Shown piece after piece: positions 48,801-57,196 of a DNA stretch of 64,000 bases. The stretch lies in contig JAQBRH010000002.1 in the NCBI GenBank assembly GCA_028286565.1, positions 145,876 to 209,875 of the forward strand, written 5' to 3'. This stretch comes from Parcubacteria group bacterium. GTDB lineage: Bacteria; Patescibacteriota; Minisyncoccia; Phycocordibacterales; Zambryskibacteraceae. The notes under the pieces were generated by a model. It saw nothing but the letters and a program-made list of their open reading frames with translations, made no database searches and was not told the origin of the DNA. Each line of letters opens with the position of its first letter. Position 1 is the stretch's first letter. The position numbers and the translations under genes were made by a program.

Positions 48801-48982
48801 TGGAACTTCCTTTCGGAGAAGTCCTTTATAGAAGAGAATTCCTCGAACACCTCTTTCAATCCTTCTTCGATCAGCCATTTGAAGGATTCGACCTGGGAGA
48901 TGACGAGATCCGGCATCTCGGTAAGAGGCTCCTTGAAGCGTCCGAAATATTTTTTCTCACGCTTCTCTTTGTGTATGGTCAT
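45803..48982 (-). CDS. rpoB: RNA polymerase beta subunit (compact)
   Basis: QLSQFM, RDVHPSHYGR, GDKLAGRHGNKG, GQRFGEME. Confidence 0.99.
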   Translation of the reverse strand: MTIHKEKREKKYFGRFKEPLTEMPDLVISQVESFKWLIEEGLKEVFEEFSSIKDFSERKFQLDFVGFELDKPKMNEYEAKDLKLSYEAPLKVRVRLKNLIMKTEKEQEIFMADFPLMTSHGTFIISGIERVVVPQLARSFGVFFTSQELKGKTTFGAKIIPARGAWIEFETDLDGTIYVRIDRKRKFPVTTLLRAFGAATNEKILALFAGHPEAKAFIEKSLAKDHTLTVEDAAIEIHKRLRDGDLASADNAREFVRSIFDSERYDIHRVGRYAFIRRFGLKETPKEIERRTLSTDDLILILSHIAHLNVTPGSIADDIDHLGSRRVRYVGELFQQKIRVGMAQIKRNIQNRMSTIDTDVTLPVQFISPKPLQARMKEFFTTNQLSQFMQQTNSLEELEHLRTLSALGPGGLSRARAGYEVRDVHPSHYGRLCPICTPEGPNIGLILRLSSYARVNDFGMIETPYASVKDGKITKEIKYYNALEEEKFNIAHAATPRDDDGNLSNDLIEVRSKGTPITVHKNQVDLIDVATNQAFSICTSMIPFLNHDDANRALMGSNMQRQGTPCIIPEAPLVATGIEEKAVRDTGRLVYAPADGTITKMDGKSITLEDHKGEKHVFKLVNFSMTNGFTAFHQRPSVELGQKVKKGDVLADTSSSDRGQMALGQNILVAFMSWSGANYEDAIVLSERLVKESKFTTIHIEDFTINVRDTKLGPEVTTCDIPNVGESKLRNLAEDGIIRVGAEVRPGDILVGKITPKGESQLTPEERLLRSLFGEKARDVKDTSKRMEGGKRGRVISVQVFSREKGDKLDSGILKQIHIQVAELRNVSVGDKLAGRHGNKGVISRILPVEDMPYMADGTPIDIILTPLGVPSRMNLGQILEMHLGLAAHTLNYQAIVPPFAGATEDEIKQELVKAGYNESGKVKLFDGRTGEEVQQDVAIGYMYILKLHHMVEDKIHMRSIGPYSLITQQPLGGKAQNGGQRFGEMEVWALLGHGAGHTLREMLTIKSDDIVGRSAAFDSIVKGEKIQEPGTPASFNVLLNNLRGLGLDVELKKNNGSR

Positions 48983-49131
48983 ATGACAGAAAATGAAAGC
49001 ACGCCCAGAGGGTTTGCTTTGCTTATAAGCTATTATTAAATAAAACCTAAAAAGTAGAACCTAGAAACAAATCGCCTTGTCCTATATTCCGCTTCGGTTC
49101 TGCCGTAACACAATCGTTCGAAGTTACAAAC

Positions 49132-49160
49132 ACTTTAACTCCCCCACCCCTCTATGTCAA
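49132..49160 (-). promoter_or_regulatory. Sigma-70 promoter of the rpoB operon
   Basis: TTGACA-N17-TAAAGT on the minus strand. Confidence 0.65.
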
Positions 49161-49164
49161 TAGA

Positions 49165-49254
49165 TTATCCACTTTACAGGTGGGGATAAGCGTATCTCAG
49201 CTATCCCCACCCTCCCTATCCACAGTCCAAGGACCCGCCTTGGACTGTGGATAA
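49165..49254. promoter_or_regulatory. Cluster of five DnaA-box-like 9-mers around a long palindrome
   Basis: TTATCCACT 49165, TGGGGATAA 49181, CTATCCCCA 49201, CTATCCACA 49216, TGTGGATAA 49246 (perfect). Confidence 0.6.
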
Positions 49255-49305
49255 GAAAAAGCCCCTCTAGGGGGCGGCTTTTTGAAGGAACCAAAAACCC
49301 TTGAA

Positions 49306-49722
49306 TTACCCGACCAAGCTGTACACCAAGCCGATGATGAGGAGGTTCAAGAGCTGGTTCGCGACATGGAGAAAGAAAAGCCCCCATGGCTTCCCTTCCC
49401 AGATGACCATCCCGATGAAAGAAGGAACGACGAACCCGAGCCAGAGAGCGAGGCTTAATTTAAGAGAATCTCCAAGGGTCGCCACACCTACTCCGTGCAT
49501 GAGGGCGTGATAGATCACCGCTTCAATGCCCGTGATGAAGATCTGGAAGATCATCCCCTTCATCATCATGCGCTGCATTTCCGCCTTGTCCGTGACGGGC
49601 TTGATATTCGACTCCCTGACCCAGTATCCGCTGAACATTTTCGGCGAGTACCACAGCGATCCGATAATGAGATTGATAACGATAATAATGAGCACGGGCA
49701 ACCAATGTATTGTGTAGTCCAT
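49306..49722 (-). CDS. DUF1761-like membrane protein
   Basis: INWL.V...IGSLWYSP.MF...W pattern; four TM segments. Confidence 0.7.
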   Translation of the reverse strand: MDYTIHWLPVLIIIVINLIIGSLWYSPKMFSGYWVRESNIKPVTDKAEMQRMMMKGMIFQIFITGIEAVIYHALMHGVGVATLGDSLKLSLALWLGFVVPSFIGMVIWEGKPWGLFFLHVANQLLNLLIIGLVYSLVG

Positions 49723-49737
49723 GTATGTATTCTAACC

Positions 49738-50397
49738 CTACTTCCTCTTTTTCTTCCACTCTTCGATCTTGGCCGCATGCCCGGAAAGCAGTACCTTTGG
49801 CACCCGGTAGTTCTTGCCTTTGTAGGTGAACACTTCCGGCCTGGTATAGACCTCGGAAGAAGAAACTCTCTTCTCTTCAAGGGAATCAAAGTTTCCGAGC
49901 ACTCCCTCAACTTGGCGGGCGATGGTATCTATCATGAGCATAGCCGGAAGTTCTCCGCCGGTGAGGACGAACGGACCGATCGAGACATCTTCCATCTTGA
50001 AGACCTTCTTTATCCTGGCATCGATGCCTTCGTAGCGGCCGCTAACGATGATGATGTGCTTGAATTTCGAGACCTTTGCCGCATATGCATTGTCGAACTG
50101 CTTCCCGCTTGGAGAGAGGAAGATGATCTTGACCAAGCCCTTGGCCTTCTTCTCGGCAGCTGCAATGGCCTTGATCACGGGCTCCGCCTGGATGACCATG
50201 CCCGGTCCGCCGCCATACGGAGGCTTGTCGATACGAACGGTCTTAAGGGTGGAGCCTTTGGGAACCGGAGGGGCGAAGTCTCGGGGGTTATAGAATGAGA
50301 CCTTGAGCTTCTTGTCCTCCAAGGCGCGCTTCAAAATAGACTCCCCGAGGTAGGAATCAAAGGCGCCCGGGAACAAGGTGATGATATGGAAATGCAT
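49738..50397 (-). CDS. trmD: tRNA (guanine37-N1)-methyltransferase
   Basis: ITLFP, PYGGGPGMV, GRYEGIDAR, SIG.FVLTGGELPA, VLLSG.HA.I. Confidence 0.97.
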   Translation of the reverse strand: MHFHIITLFPGAFDSYLGESILKRALEDKKLKVSFYNPRDFAPPVPKGSTLKTVRIDKPPYGGGPGMVIQAEPVIKAIAAAEKKAKGLVKIIFLSPSGKQFDNAYAAKVSKFKHIIIVSGRYEGIDARIKKVFKMEDVSIGPFVLTGGELPAMLMIDTIARQVEGVLGNFDSLEEKRVSSSEVYTRPEVFTYKGKNYRVPKVLLSGHAAKIEEWKKKRK

Positions 50398-50499
50398 GGC
50401 TCTACAGTAGCCTACTTTTTCGTTCTTGACAAGTACCTAGTAAGTATGATATAATGCATACAGGTAGATCGTTGTCTTCGTCTCTCTTTGGAGGCTTCC

Positions 50500-50763
50500 A
50501 TGCACAGAAAGAAAGTCCTCTTGGACCTCGCTGGCCTGGCCGCACTCGCAGTGAACATCACGATCGTCCTCGGCTTCCTCACGCTTTGGACGAGCCAGCA
50601 CGCAGAAATGCCCGGCCTCCCGCTTGGCTGGGTGCTCGCGTTCGATGTCCTGAACCTGATCTTCGCCGCCGCTCTCGTCATCTCCTTGGTGTACTTCCTC
50701 AAGGAGATCGGGAATGCGGTGAAAAGCAGCAAGCGGCGTCTCCCCGATATGGTGACGTTCTGA
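50500..50763 (+). CDS. Orphan two-TM protein antisense within rpsP-khpA-trmD
   Basis: TTGACA...TATAAT promoter, GGAGG SD, terminator AGCCG..CGGCT. Confidence 0.6.
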   Translation: MHRKKVLLDLAGLAALAVNITIVLGFLTLWTSQHAEMPGLPLGWVLAFDVLNLIFAAALVISLVYFLKEIGNAVKSSKRRLPDMVTF

Positions 50764-50814
50764 AGAGAAACGAAGAAAAGCCGACCCTTTGGGGCCGGCT
50801 CTTCTTTTTTATAA

Positions 50815-51150
50815 TTAGTCGAGGTTAAGGTCTTCCATCGCCTCATCCACGGTCTTCGAGGCCGGGGTCGCCGGAGCGGCGTACGCTTCCCTGCTTCCTC
50901 CCGCCGGTTCGTTTATTTTCAAATTGACGCGAGCGTTGTTCTTCATACCCACCACGCGGAGGAGGATGCGGATCGCCTTGGCGGTATTTCCTGATCGGCC
51001 GATCACCTTGCCCATGTCGTCCGGATGGACGTCGAGGGTCATGAGCACCCCCATCTCATCCACTGTTCTCTTGATCTTCACATCGTTCGGATGTTCGACC
51101 AGTGCCTGTATGACGTATTCCAAAAACTGCGTATCGTCTACCATTACCAT
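50815..51150 (-). CDS. khpA: KH-domain RNA-binding protein KhpA
   Basis: LEY....LV.HP..V, DMGKVIGRSG.TAKAIR; follows rpsP. Confidence 0.9.
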   Translation of the reverse strand: MVMVDDTQFLEYVIQALVEHPNDVKIKRTVDEMGVLMTLDVHPDDMGKVIGRSGNTAKAIRILLRVVGMKNNARVNLKINEPAGGSREAYAAPATPASKTVDEAMEDLNLD

Positions 51151-51216
51151 AGTCGTTTCGTTAAGGGATAACAGAAGGCAGATTGCCTACCTGTATTGTA
51201 CCACTTGCAAGCCGGA

Positions 51217-51723
51217 CTAGGCAGCGTCCTCTGTGGGTCGAGCGGGAGTTTCTTCTGCAGGAACGGAAGTTGCCTCGGGAGCCGGGACGGCTTCTTCAGC
51301 CGGTACCTCTTCAGCTGCGGGAGCGGCCTCTACAGGAGTTTCTTCAACCGGCTCCGGAAGAGGAGCTTCTTCTTTGACTTCAGGGGCTGGAGCCTCGGCT
51401 ACTGGAGCGGGAGCAGGCGTTGCGGAAGCCACAGGCGCTTCTTTCACAATAGGAGTTTTCTTTGGAAGGACGTTGACCTTCTTTGCGTCTATAAGCTTGT
51501 GGGTGACGAGAAGGTTGTGAACTGAACCGGTGGCGGCGATGCCTTTTGAAAGCCAGTATTTGATGCGGTCGGATTTGAGGGCGTCCGCGGTTTTCCTTGG
51601 ATCATACGAGCCGAGGATCTCCTTGAATCGTCCTGATTTAGTGGAGTTTTTTGAGTCGGTCAGTACAAGCCGAAACGACGGTTCGTGCTTGCGGCCCACT
51701 CTTTGAAGTCTCATTTTTAGCAT
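51217..51723 (-). CDS. rpsP: 30S ribosomal protein S16 with Ala/Pro/Glu-rich tail
   Basis: MLKMRLQRVGRKHEPSFRLV..DS....GRF.E.LGSYDP; start moved to 51723. Confidence 0.93.
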   Translation of the reverse strand: MLKMRLQRVGRKHEPSFRLVLTDSKNSTKSGRFKEILGSYDPRKTADALKSDRIKYWLSKGIAATGSVHNLLVTHKLIDAKKVNVLPKKTPIVKEAPVASATPAPAPVAEAPAPEVKEEAPLPEPVEETPVEAAPAAEEVPAEEAVPAPEATSVPAEETPARPTEDAA

Positions 51724-51784
51724 GGGCGTAATAGTAGCAACAAAGTAGCCCAGGGTCAAGATTGTGATATAGTGCTTACACTGT

Positions 51785-53710
51785 ATGGAAAACTCTGAAG
51801 GCCTCACAGGAACAATAAAAGTCACCCCGAAAGGCGTCGGGTATTTCGGTGCGATCGGAGAAGAGATCAACTTCGAGATCCAGCCGGAATACGTCAACAC
51901 GGCCTTGAACGGCGACACGGTCAAGATCGAGGTCCTCGACCACGAGGTCTATGGCCGCAAGCAGGCTAAAGTGCTCGAAGTTCTCGAACGGCACAAACTC
52001 GAATTCGTCGGCACTCTCGAAACGTCCGATGCGGGCTTTTTCTTTGTCCCCGATGACAAGCGCATGTACAGAGACGTTTTGATAACCAAGGAAAACTCGG
52101 GCGGCGGCAAGGAGGGAGACAAGGTCCAGATCATCATTCTCGAGTGGGCCGACGCTTCGAAGAGCCCTACAGGCAAGGTCATCCGCGTCATCGGCCGCAA
52201 AGGCGAGCACAACGCCGAAATGCTCGGCATCGTCTACGACAAGGGATTCGTCATCGACTTCCCTCCCGATGTTGAGGCCGAGGCCAAAGCCTGGAAACAA
52301 AAATTTACTACGGAAGATCATCTGAAGGGACGCAAGGATTTCAGGGAGACCCTCACCTTCACCATCGACCCGGCGGACGCCAAGGACTTCGACGACGCTA
52401 TTTCTTTTAAAAAGCTTGATACCGGGGACTACGAGGTCGGAGTGCACATCGCCGATGTCTCGCATTTCGTCGTCGAGAAGACCGCGCTCGACCGAGAAGC
52501 CAGGAACCGCGCCACATCGATCTACCTCGTCGACCGCACCATCCCCATGCTTCCGGAAGTCCTCTCGAACGACCTCTGTTCTTTGAATCCGAATGAAGAC
52601 AAGTATGCCTTCTCTGCGGTGTTCGTCATGGACAAGAACGCGGTCGTCAAAGAGCGGTGGTTCGGGAAGACCCTGATCGAATCGGACAAGCGATTTACAT
52701 ACGAAGAAGCGCAAGAGATCCTCGACGCCAAAGAAGGATTATACGCGGATGAGCTATTGACCCTAAACGCTCTCGCCTACAAGCTCCGCGAGGAGAAGTT
52801 CAAGAACGGAGCCATCGAATTCGAGACCGAAGAAGTAAAATTCGTTTTGGATGATAAAGGGAAACCCGTGAAGGTGTACAAGAAAGAAAGGAAAGATACG
52901 CATAAGCTTGTTGAAGATTTCATGCTCCTCGCCAACCGAGAAGTGGCGACGTACATGTTCAATGCCGGGAGAGGCAACAACCGCATGGCCTTCGTCTATC
53001 GAATTCACGCTTCGCCGGACCGGGAGAAGATCGTGAATCTCGCCACCTTTGTGAAGGCTCTCGGCTTTGACCTCAAGAACCAGGAAGGAGAAACAACCGC
53101 CGAAGACATCAGCCGCATGCTGAAATCGGTCGAAGGATCGACGGCCGAGATGCTCATAAAGGTCGCCGCCATCCGCTCCATGCAAAAGGCCGTCTACTCG
53201 ACCGCGAACATCGGACACTTCGGACTCGGCTTCGAATACTATACGCACTTCACTTCTCCGATCCGACGATACCCTGACCTTATGGTCCATAGATTGCTCC
53301 AAAGGCACATCGAGAAGGGCCCGATCGAACAGGATGAGGTCATCAAATACCAGCACCTCTCGGACGTCTCGAGCGAGCGCGAGATGGATGCGGCCGAAGC
53401 CGAGCGAGCTTCGATCAAATATAAGCAGGTTGAATACATGCAGGATCATGTGGGCGAAGAATTCGACGCGGTCATCAGCGGAGTTTCCGAATGGGGCGTC
53501 TACGTGGAAGAAACGAACACCAAAGCCGAAGGCATGGTTCGCCTGAAAGACATGACCGATGACTTCTATGAAGTGAACCCGAAGATCTACGCTGTCGTAG
53601 GTAAAAAGACTGGTAAGAAATATTCTCTGGGTGACCGCGTCCGCGTCAAGCTCACCGCCTCTGATCCAGAGAGAAAGACTCTTGATTTCCAGTTCGTACC
53701 GGCCGCATAA
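51785..53710 (+). CDS. rnr: Ribonuclease R
   Basis: TIDPADAKDFDDA, VHIADVS, MLLAN, YTHFTSPIRRYPD, C-terminal S1 domain. Confidence 0.95.
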   Translation: MENSEGLTGTIKVTPKGVGYFGAIGEEINFEIQPEYVNTALNGDTVKIEVLDHEVYGRKQAKVLEVLERHKLEFVGTLETSDAGFFFVPDDKRMYRDVLITKENSGGGKEGDKVQIIILEWADASKSPTGKVIRVIGRKGEHNAEMLGIVYDKGFVIDFPPDVEAEAKAWKQKFTTEDHLKGRKDFRETLTFTIDPADAKDFDDAISFKKLDTGDYEVGVHIADVSHFVVEKTALDREARNRATSIYLVDRTIPMLPEVLSNDLCSLNPNEDKYAFSAVFVMDKNAVVKERWFGKTLIESDKRFTYEEAQEILDAKEGLYADELLTLNALAYKLREEKFKNGAIEFETEEVKFVLDDKGKPVKVYKKERKDTHKLVEDFMLLANREVATYMFNAGRGNNRMAFVYRIHASPDREKIVNLATFVKALGFDLKNQEGETTAEDISRMLKSVEGSTAEMLIKVAAIRSMQKAVYSTANIGHFGLGFEYYTHFTSPIRRYPDLMVHRLLQRHIEKGPIEQDEVIKYQHLSDVSSEREMDAAEAERASIKYKQVEYMQDHVGEEFDAVISGVSEWGVYVEETNTKAEGMVRLKDMTDDFYEVNPKIYAVVGKKTGKKYSLGDRVRVKLTASDPERKTLDFQFVPAA

Positions 53711-53740
53711 ATTTTATATAAAAAAGCGGCAGAAGCCGCC

Positions 53741-54124
53741 TTACCTCTCGCGATGCCATTCCCCTCCGCCACGCGGATGGTCGATTGTCTCGTTCTTCGC
53801 AGTTTTCCGCTTTGCCGCGCGAGCGAGGCCACCCTTGCGGCCGATCTTGACCATGTGGGCCCGATCCTTGGCAACGATTGCACCACCCTTGCGGCCAGCA
53901 GCCTGCCTCTCCTTCTCGGTGAACTGATGGGCAACCCCCATCTCGTGCGCTCGTTTGCCGCCCTTGGATGCGATCTCTCGATGCCATTCCGGATCTCTGC
54001 TGATCGTAGAGGCAAAGCCCCTGCGAGACTTTTTCTTGCCAAACCCCGGCTCTGCACAGGGGCGCGGGGTGGATTCATCGTGCAGTGGAACTTTTCCTCC
54101 GGCCGTTCCTCCGCCCATCAACAT
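53741..54124 (-). CDS. KGG-repeat (YciG/Con-10-like) stress protein
   Basis: RGFAS..D....REIASKGG, H.FT..E...AGRKGG, HM..IGRKGG repeats; GGAGG SD. Confidence 0.8.
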   Translation of the reverse strand: MLMGGGTAGGKVPLHDESTPRPCAEPGFGKKKSRRGFASTISRDPEWHREIASKGGKRAHEMGVAHQFTEKERQAAGRKGGAIVAKDRAHMVKIGRKGGLARAAKRKTAKNETIDHPRGGGEWHRER

Positions 54125-54178
54125 GCGATCCTCCCTGAAATGATGTACTGCCCAGGTCAAACCCTACGCTTCCCTCTT

Positions 54179-56413
54179 TTATTTTGCAACTTGGACGGCT
54201 TGGTCGAATTCTATCGAAAGGAGCTTCGAGACGCCCGTCGAACCCATGGTCACTCCGTAGATCACTCCGGCGCGGGACATCGTCTCTCTGTTGTGCGTGA
54301 TCAAAATGAGCTGCGAATGCTCCGCCAGCTTCTCCACCATGTCTCCGTAACGCTTTGAGTTCGCCTCGTCGAGCGCGGCGTCCGTCTCGTCCAAAATGAT
54401 GAACGGGGGAGGATTCACTTGAGAGATGGCAAAGAGGAGGGCGATCGAGGTGAGCGCTCGCTCGCCTCCGGAGAGCATCATGAGGCCGCGGATCTTCTTG
54501 CGGGGCAGGTTGACCGAGATGTCGAGCCCTTCTTCGACGATCTCGTCTTCATCATCTCCTTCGAGCTCGACGTCCTCGCCTTCGAGGAGCGCATCCTTTT
54601 TCTTTTTCTTCTCTTTGGTCAAGACAAGCTCGGCGTCTCCGCCTCCGAACATGGTGCTGAATAATTCTCCGAATTCGGTGTTGATCCTCTTGATGCCCGT
54701 AGCAAATTCGACCTGAAGCCGTTCTTCAAGATCTTGTATTAATACCTTTAGCGATTCGGCTGACTTCTCGAGGTCCAGGAGCTCTCGGGCCAAGAATTCA
54801 TCGCGCTCGTTCGCCTCGGTGAATTCCTTCACCACTTCATCCGTCCCGGAGATCCCCGCCTCTTCGAGCCTGATCTTTAATCGTTCGATCTCTCTTTTCC
54901 TATTCTCTTGAATCGCACGGTCTTCGGCCACGGCTTCGCTCTCGCTTCCTATATCAAATGTTTTGAACTGGAGGACTTCGTGCCCTATCACGGCCGCCAC
55001 CTCCTCGACATCTCTCACGAGCTCGGCTTCGTCTTTCTTTATGTTTTCTTCGCGCGATCTGATGAGAACGAGCTTGGCCAGGAGATCGTTCTCTTCGGAC
55101 ATGATCCTGAAGACCGCCTTCTCGGCGTCCCTCGAGGAGTCCTTTTCCTTCTCTATACGAGCCTTCTCAGCGTCATATTTTTCCCGAAGGGCGAGCTCTT
55201 TCGCGCTCGCCTTTTCTATCTCGTGTTCCACCTTTTCCTTCTCATGCTTCAAATGTTCGATCGCTTTCTCCGCATCCACGATGAGGCTCGAATCCGCCGA
55301 ATCCTTGTGCCCTTTGATAAAATCCCGGATGCGGGCGATGACCGTCCCCAGGATGTGGTGGTCCTTCTCGATCTCTTGCTCGAGCGTTCGGGCGAATTCC
55401 TCGACATCCTTGAGACGGATCATCTTGTGCTCATCGGAGGTCTGAAGCTCTTTTTGTTTTCTGATTATCCTCTCCTCGGCGTCCAGGGAACCTTCAAGCT
55501 TGCCGAGCTCCCTCGCCAGGCCGTCCTTGTGGGCGCGCGCTCCGGCCATCTCGGCCTCGAGGTCGAGGATGAGATATCCTTTTTTATTCTCCTCTCCCGC
55601 CCTGGCAAGGACGGCCTTGGCTGTCTCTAGCTCTTTGGAAAGCAGGGCGAGCTTCTCGTCGATCGGCGTCCGCTCATCTCTCTGCGCGGTTTTGGTAAAT
55701 CCGACGTAGAGATCTTCCCGCCTGAAATATTCTTTGGACAAACGCGCGAGTTCTTCGCGCATGCCGAGCGCCTTCTCCATCTTCTCGACCTGCTTTTTCA
55801 AGAAGCGCAGATGCGGCGCGATCTCTTTTCGCAGGGACTCGACCTGAGCAATATTCTCAAATGTTTTCTTCAGCTTCCTGTCGCTTTCGATCCGCTTGTA
55901 TTGATAGAGGCGCAGGCCGAGGGCGTCCTCGATCATCGATTTCCTGTCCTTGCCGCTTGAGTTCAAGATCTTGTCCGCCTCGCCTTGAGAGATGATGTGG
56001 TGCCCCGAAGCGCCGATGTGCGCCTTCAAGAGAAGCTCGATCACATCCTTGAGCCGGACGGCGCTCCCGTTTATAAAATAGTCATTGATGCCGTCTCGGT
56101 GGACGACGCGCTCGATCGAGACTTCCGGATAATCGATCCCGAAGACCTTGTTCGAATTATCGAATGTCACCTTGACCGAAGCACGATTCGACCTCGATTC
56201 CCCGCCTGCGCCATTGAAGATGAGGTCCTCTCCCTTCTTGCCTCGGAGGCTCTTGATCGACTGCTCCCCGAGGACGAACCTGAAGGCCTCGGCCACATTC
56301 GATTTGCCCGAGCCGTTCGGACCGACGATCGAAGAGATGGGCGAAGTGAAAAGAAGCTCGCTCTTTTTGGCAAACGACTTGAACCCCGATAATTCGATCG
56401 ATTTTAAATACAT
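54179..56413 (-). CDS. smc: Short SMC-like ABC ATPase
   Basis: GFKSFA, GPNGSGKSN, ISQG, coiled coils, LSGGE, LDETDAALDEAN, ITHN; only 744 aa. Confidence 0.88.
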   Translation of the reverse strand: MYLKSIELSGFKSFAKKSELLFTSPISSIVGPNGSGKSNVAEAFRFVLGEQSIKSLRGKKGEDLIFNGAGGESRSNRASVKVTFDNSNKVFGIDYPEVSIERVVHRDGINDYFINGSAVRLKDVIELLLKAHIGASGHHIISQGEADKILNSSGKDRKSMIEDALGLRLYQYKRIESDRKLKKTFENIAQVESLRKEIAPHLRFLKKQVEKMEKALGMREELARLSKEYFRREDLYVGFTKTAQRDERTPIDEKLALLSKELETAKAVLARAGEENKKGYLILDLEAEMAGARAHKDGLARELGKLEGSLDAEERIIRKQKELQTSDEHKMIRLKDVEEFARTLEQEIEKDHHILGTVIARIRDFIKGHKDSADSSLIVDAEKAIEHLKHEKEKVEHEIEKASAKELALREKYDAEKARIEKEKDSSRDAEKAVFRIMSEENDLLAKLVLIRSREENIKKDEAELVRDVEEVAAVIGHEVLQFKTFDIGSESEAVAEDRAIQENRKREIERLKIRLEEAGISGTDEVVKEFTEANERDEFLARELLDLEKSAESLKVLIQDLEERLQVEFATGIKRINTEFGELFSTMFGGGDAELVLTKEKKKKKDALLEGEDVELEGDDEDEIVEEGLDISVNLPRKKIRGLMMLSGGERALTSIALLFAISQVNPPPFIILDETDAALDEANSKRYGDMVEKLAEHSQLILITHNRETMSRAGVIYGVTMGSTGVSKLLSIEFDQAVQVAK

Positions 56414-56435
56414 TTATTAAATTATACACGAACAC

Positions 56436-56492
56436 ACCTCACCGGCACTTTGTGTCCTCCCTCTCCTTGGCAAGGAGAGGGTTGGGTGAGGT
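56436..56492. repeat. REP-like nested palindrome
   Basis: ACCTCACC...CCCTCTCCTT-GGC-AAGGAGAGGG...GGTGAGGT. Confidence 0.5.
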
Positions 56493-57181
56493 CATTCCCA
56501 GCCTTTATCTGTGAGTGCGTTTCGCGCGGCTTCCTGCTCCGCATCCTGCTTTGAATTGCCCGTTCCTTGGCCCAAGAGTTCCGTGCCGACATAGACGCCG
56601 ACGGTGAACTTTTTATCATGATCGGGACCCGATTCACGAATGGTCTTGTATGAGGGAGTAGACCCTGTGTGTTCCTGCGCTTTCTCCTGGAAAAGAGATT
56701 TGGCGTCGATCCATGTGCCTTTCTTTACGATGTCATCCGTGAGAGGAGTGATGTGGGCGAGAATAAACTTTTTTGCTTCATCCAACCCTTGGTCGATGTA
56801 GATGGCGCCGATGACCGCCTCGAGCGTATTGGCGAGGATGTATTGCCTGGCCCGGCCGGTATCTTTGGATTCTCCGCGAGAGAGAAGGAGGAAATCATTT
56901 GCACCGAGGTTTTGGGCGACAAGGGCGCACGTATCGGCGTTCACGAGGGCCGAGCGGAGGCTCGTCATCTCCCCTTCGCTCATCTTTGGGAACGTATTGA
57001 AAAGATACTCGGTTGTGACGAGTTCAAGCACCGCATCACCGAGAAATTCGAACCGCTCATTGTCTCCGAGGCCCGAAGCCCGATTCTCATTGATATAGGA
57101 GCGGTGAGTGAAGGCCTGTTTCAAAAGAGCCTTATCCTTGAAGGTCACCCCCGCCGTTGTTTCAAAAATATTCCAATCCAT
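56492..57181 (-). CDS. rnc: Ribonuclease III
   Basis: THRSY, NERFEFLGDAVL, dsRBD GPDH.K.F...G.G.SK..AEQ.AA. Confidence 0.97.
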   Translation of the reverse strand: MDWNIFETTAGVTFKDKALLKQAFTHRSYINENRASGLGDNERFEFLGDAVLELVTTEYLFNTFPKMSEGEMTSLRSALVNADTCALVAQNLGANDFLLLSRGESKDTGRARQYILANTLEAVIGAIYIDQGLDEAKKFILAHITPLTDDIVKKGTWIDAKSLFQEKAQEHTGSTPSYKTIRESGPDHDKKFTVGVYVGTELLGQGTGNSKQDAEQEAARNALTDKGWE

Positions 57182-57196
57182 CCTGTGTATATACCT

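Noticed and set aside
51724-51924. N-terminal extension of S16 in the ORF track
   Set aside because: Overlaps rnr on the opposite strand; S16 homology and a -10 box place the start at 51723
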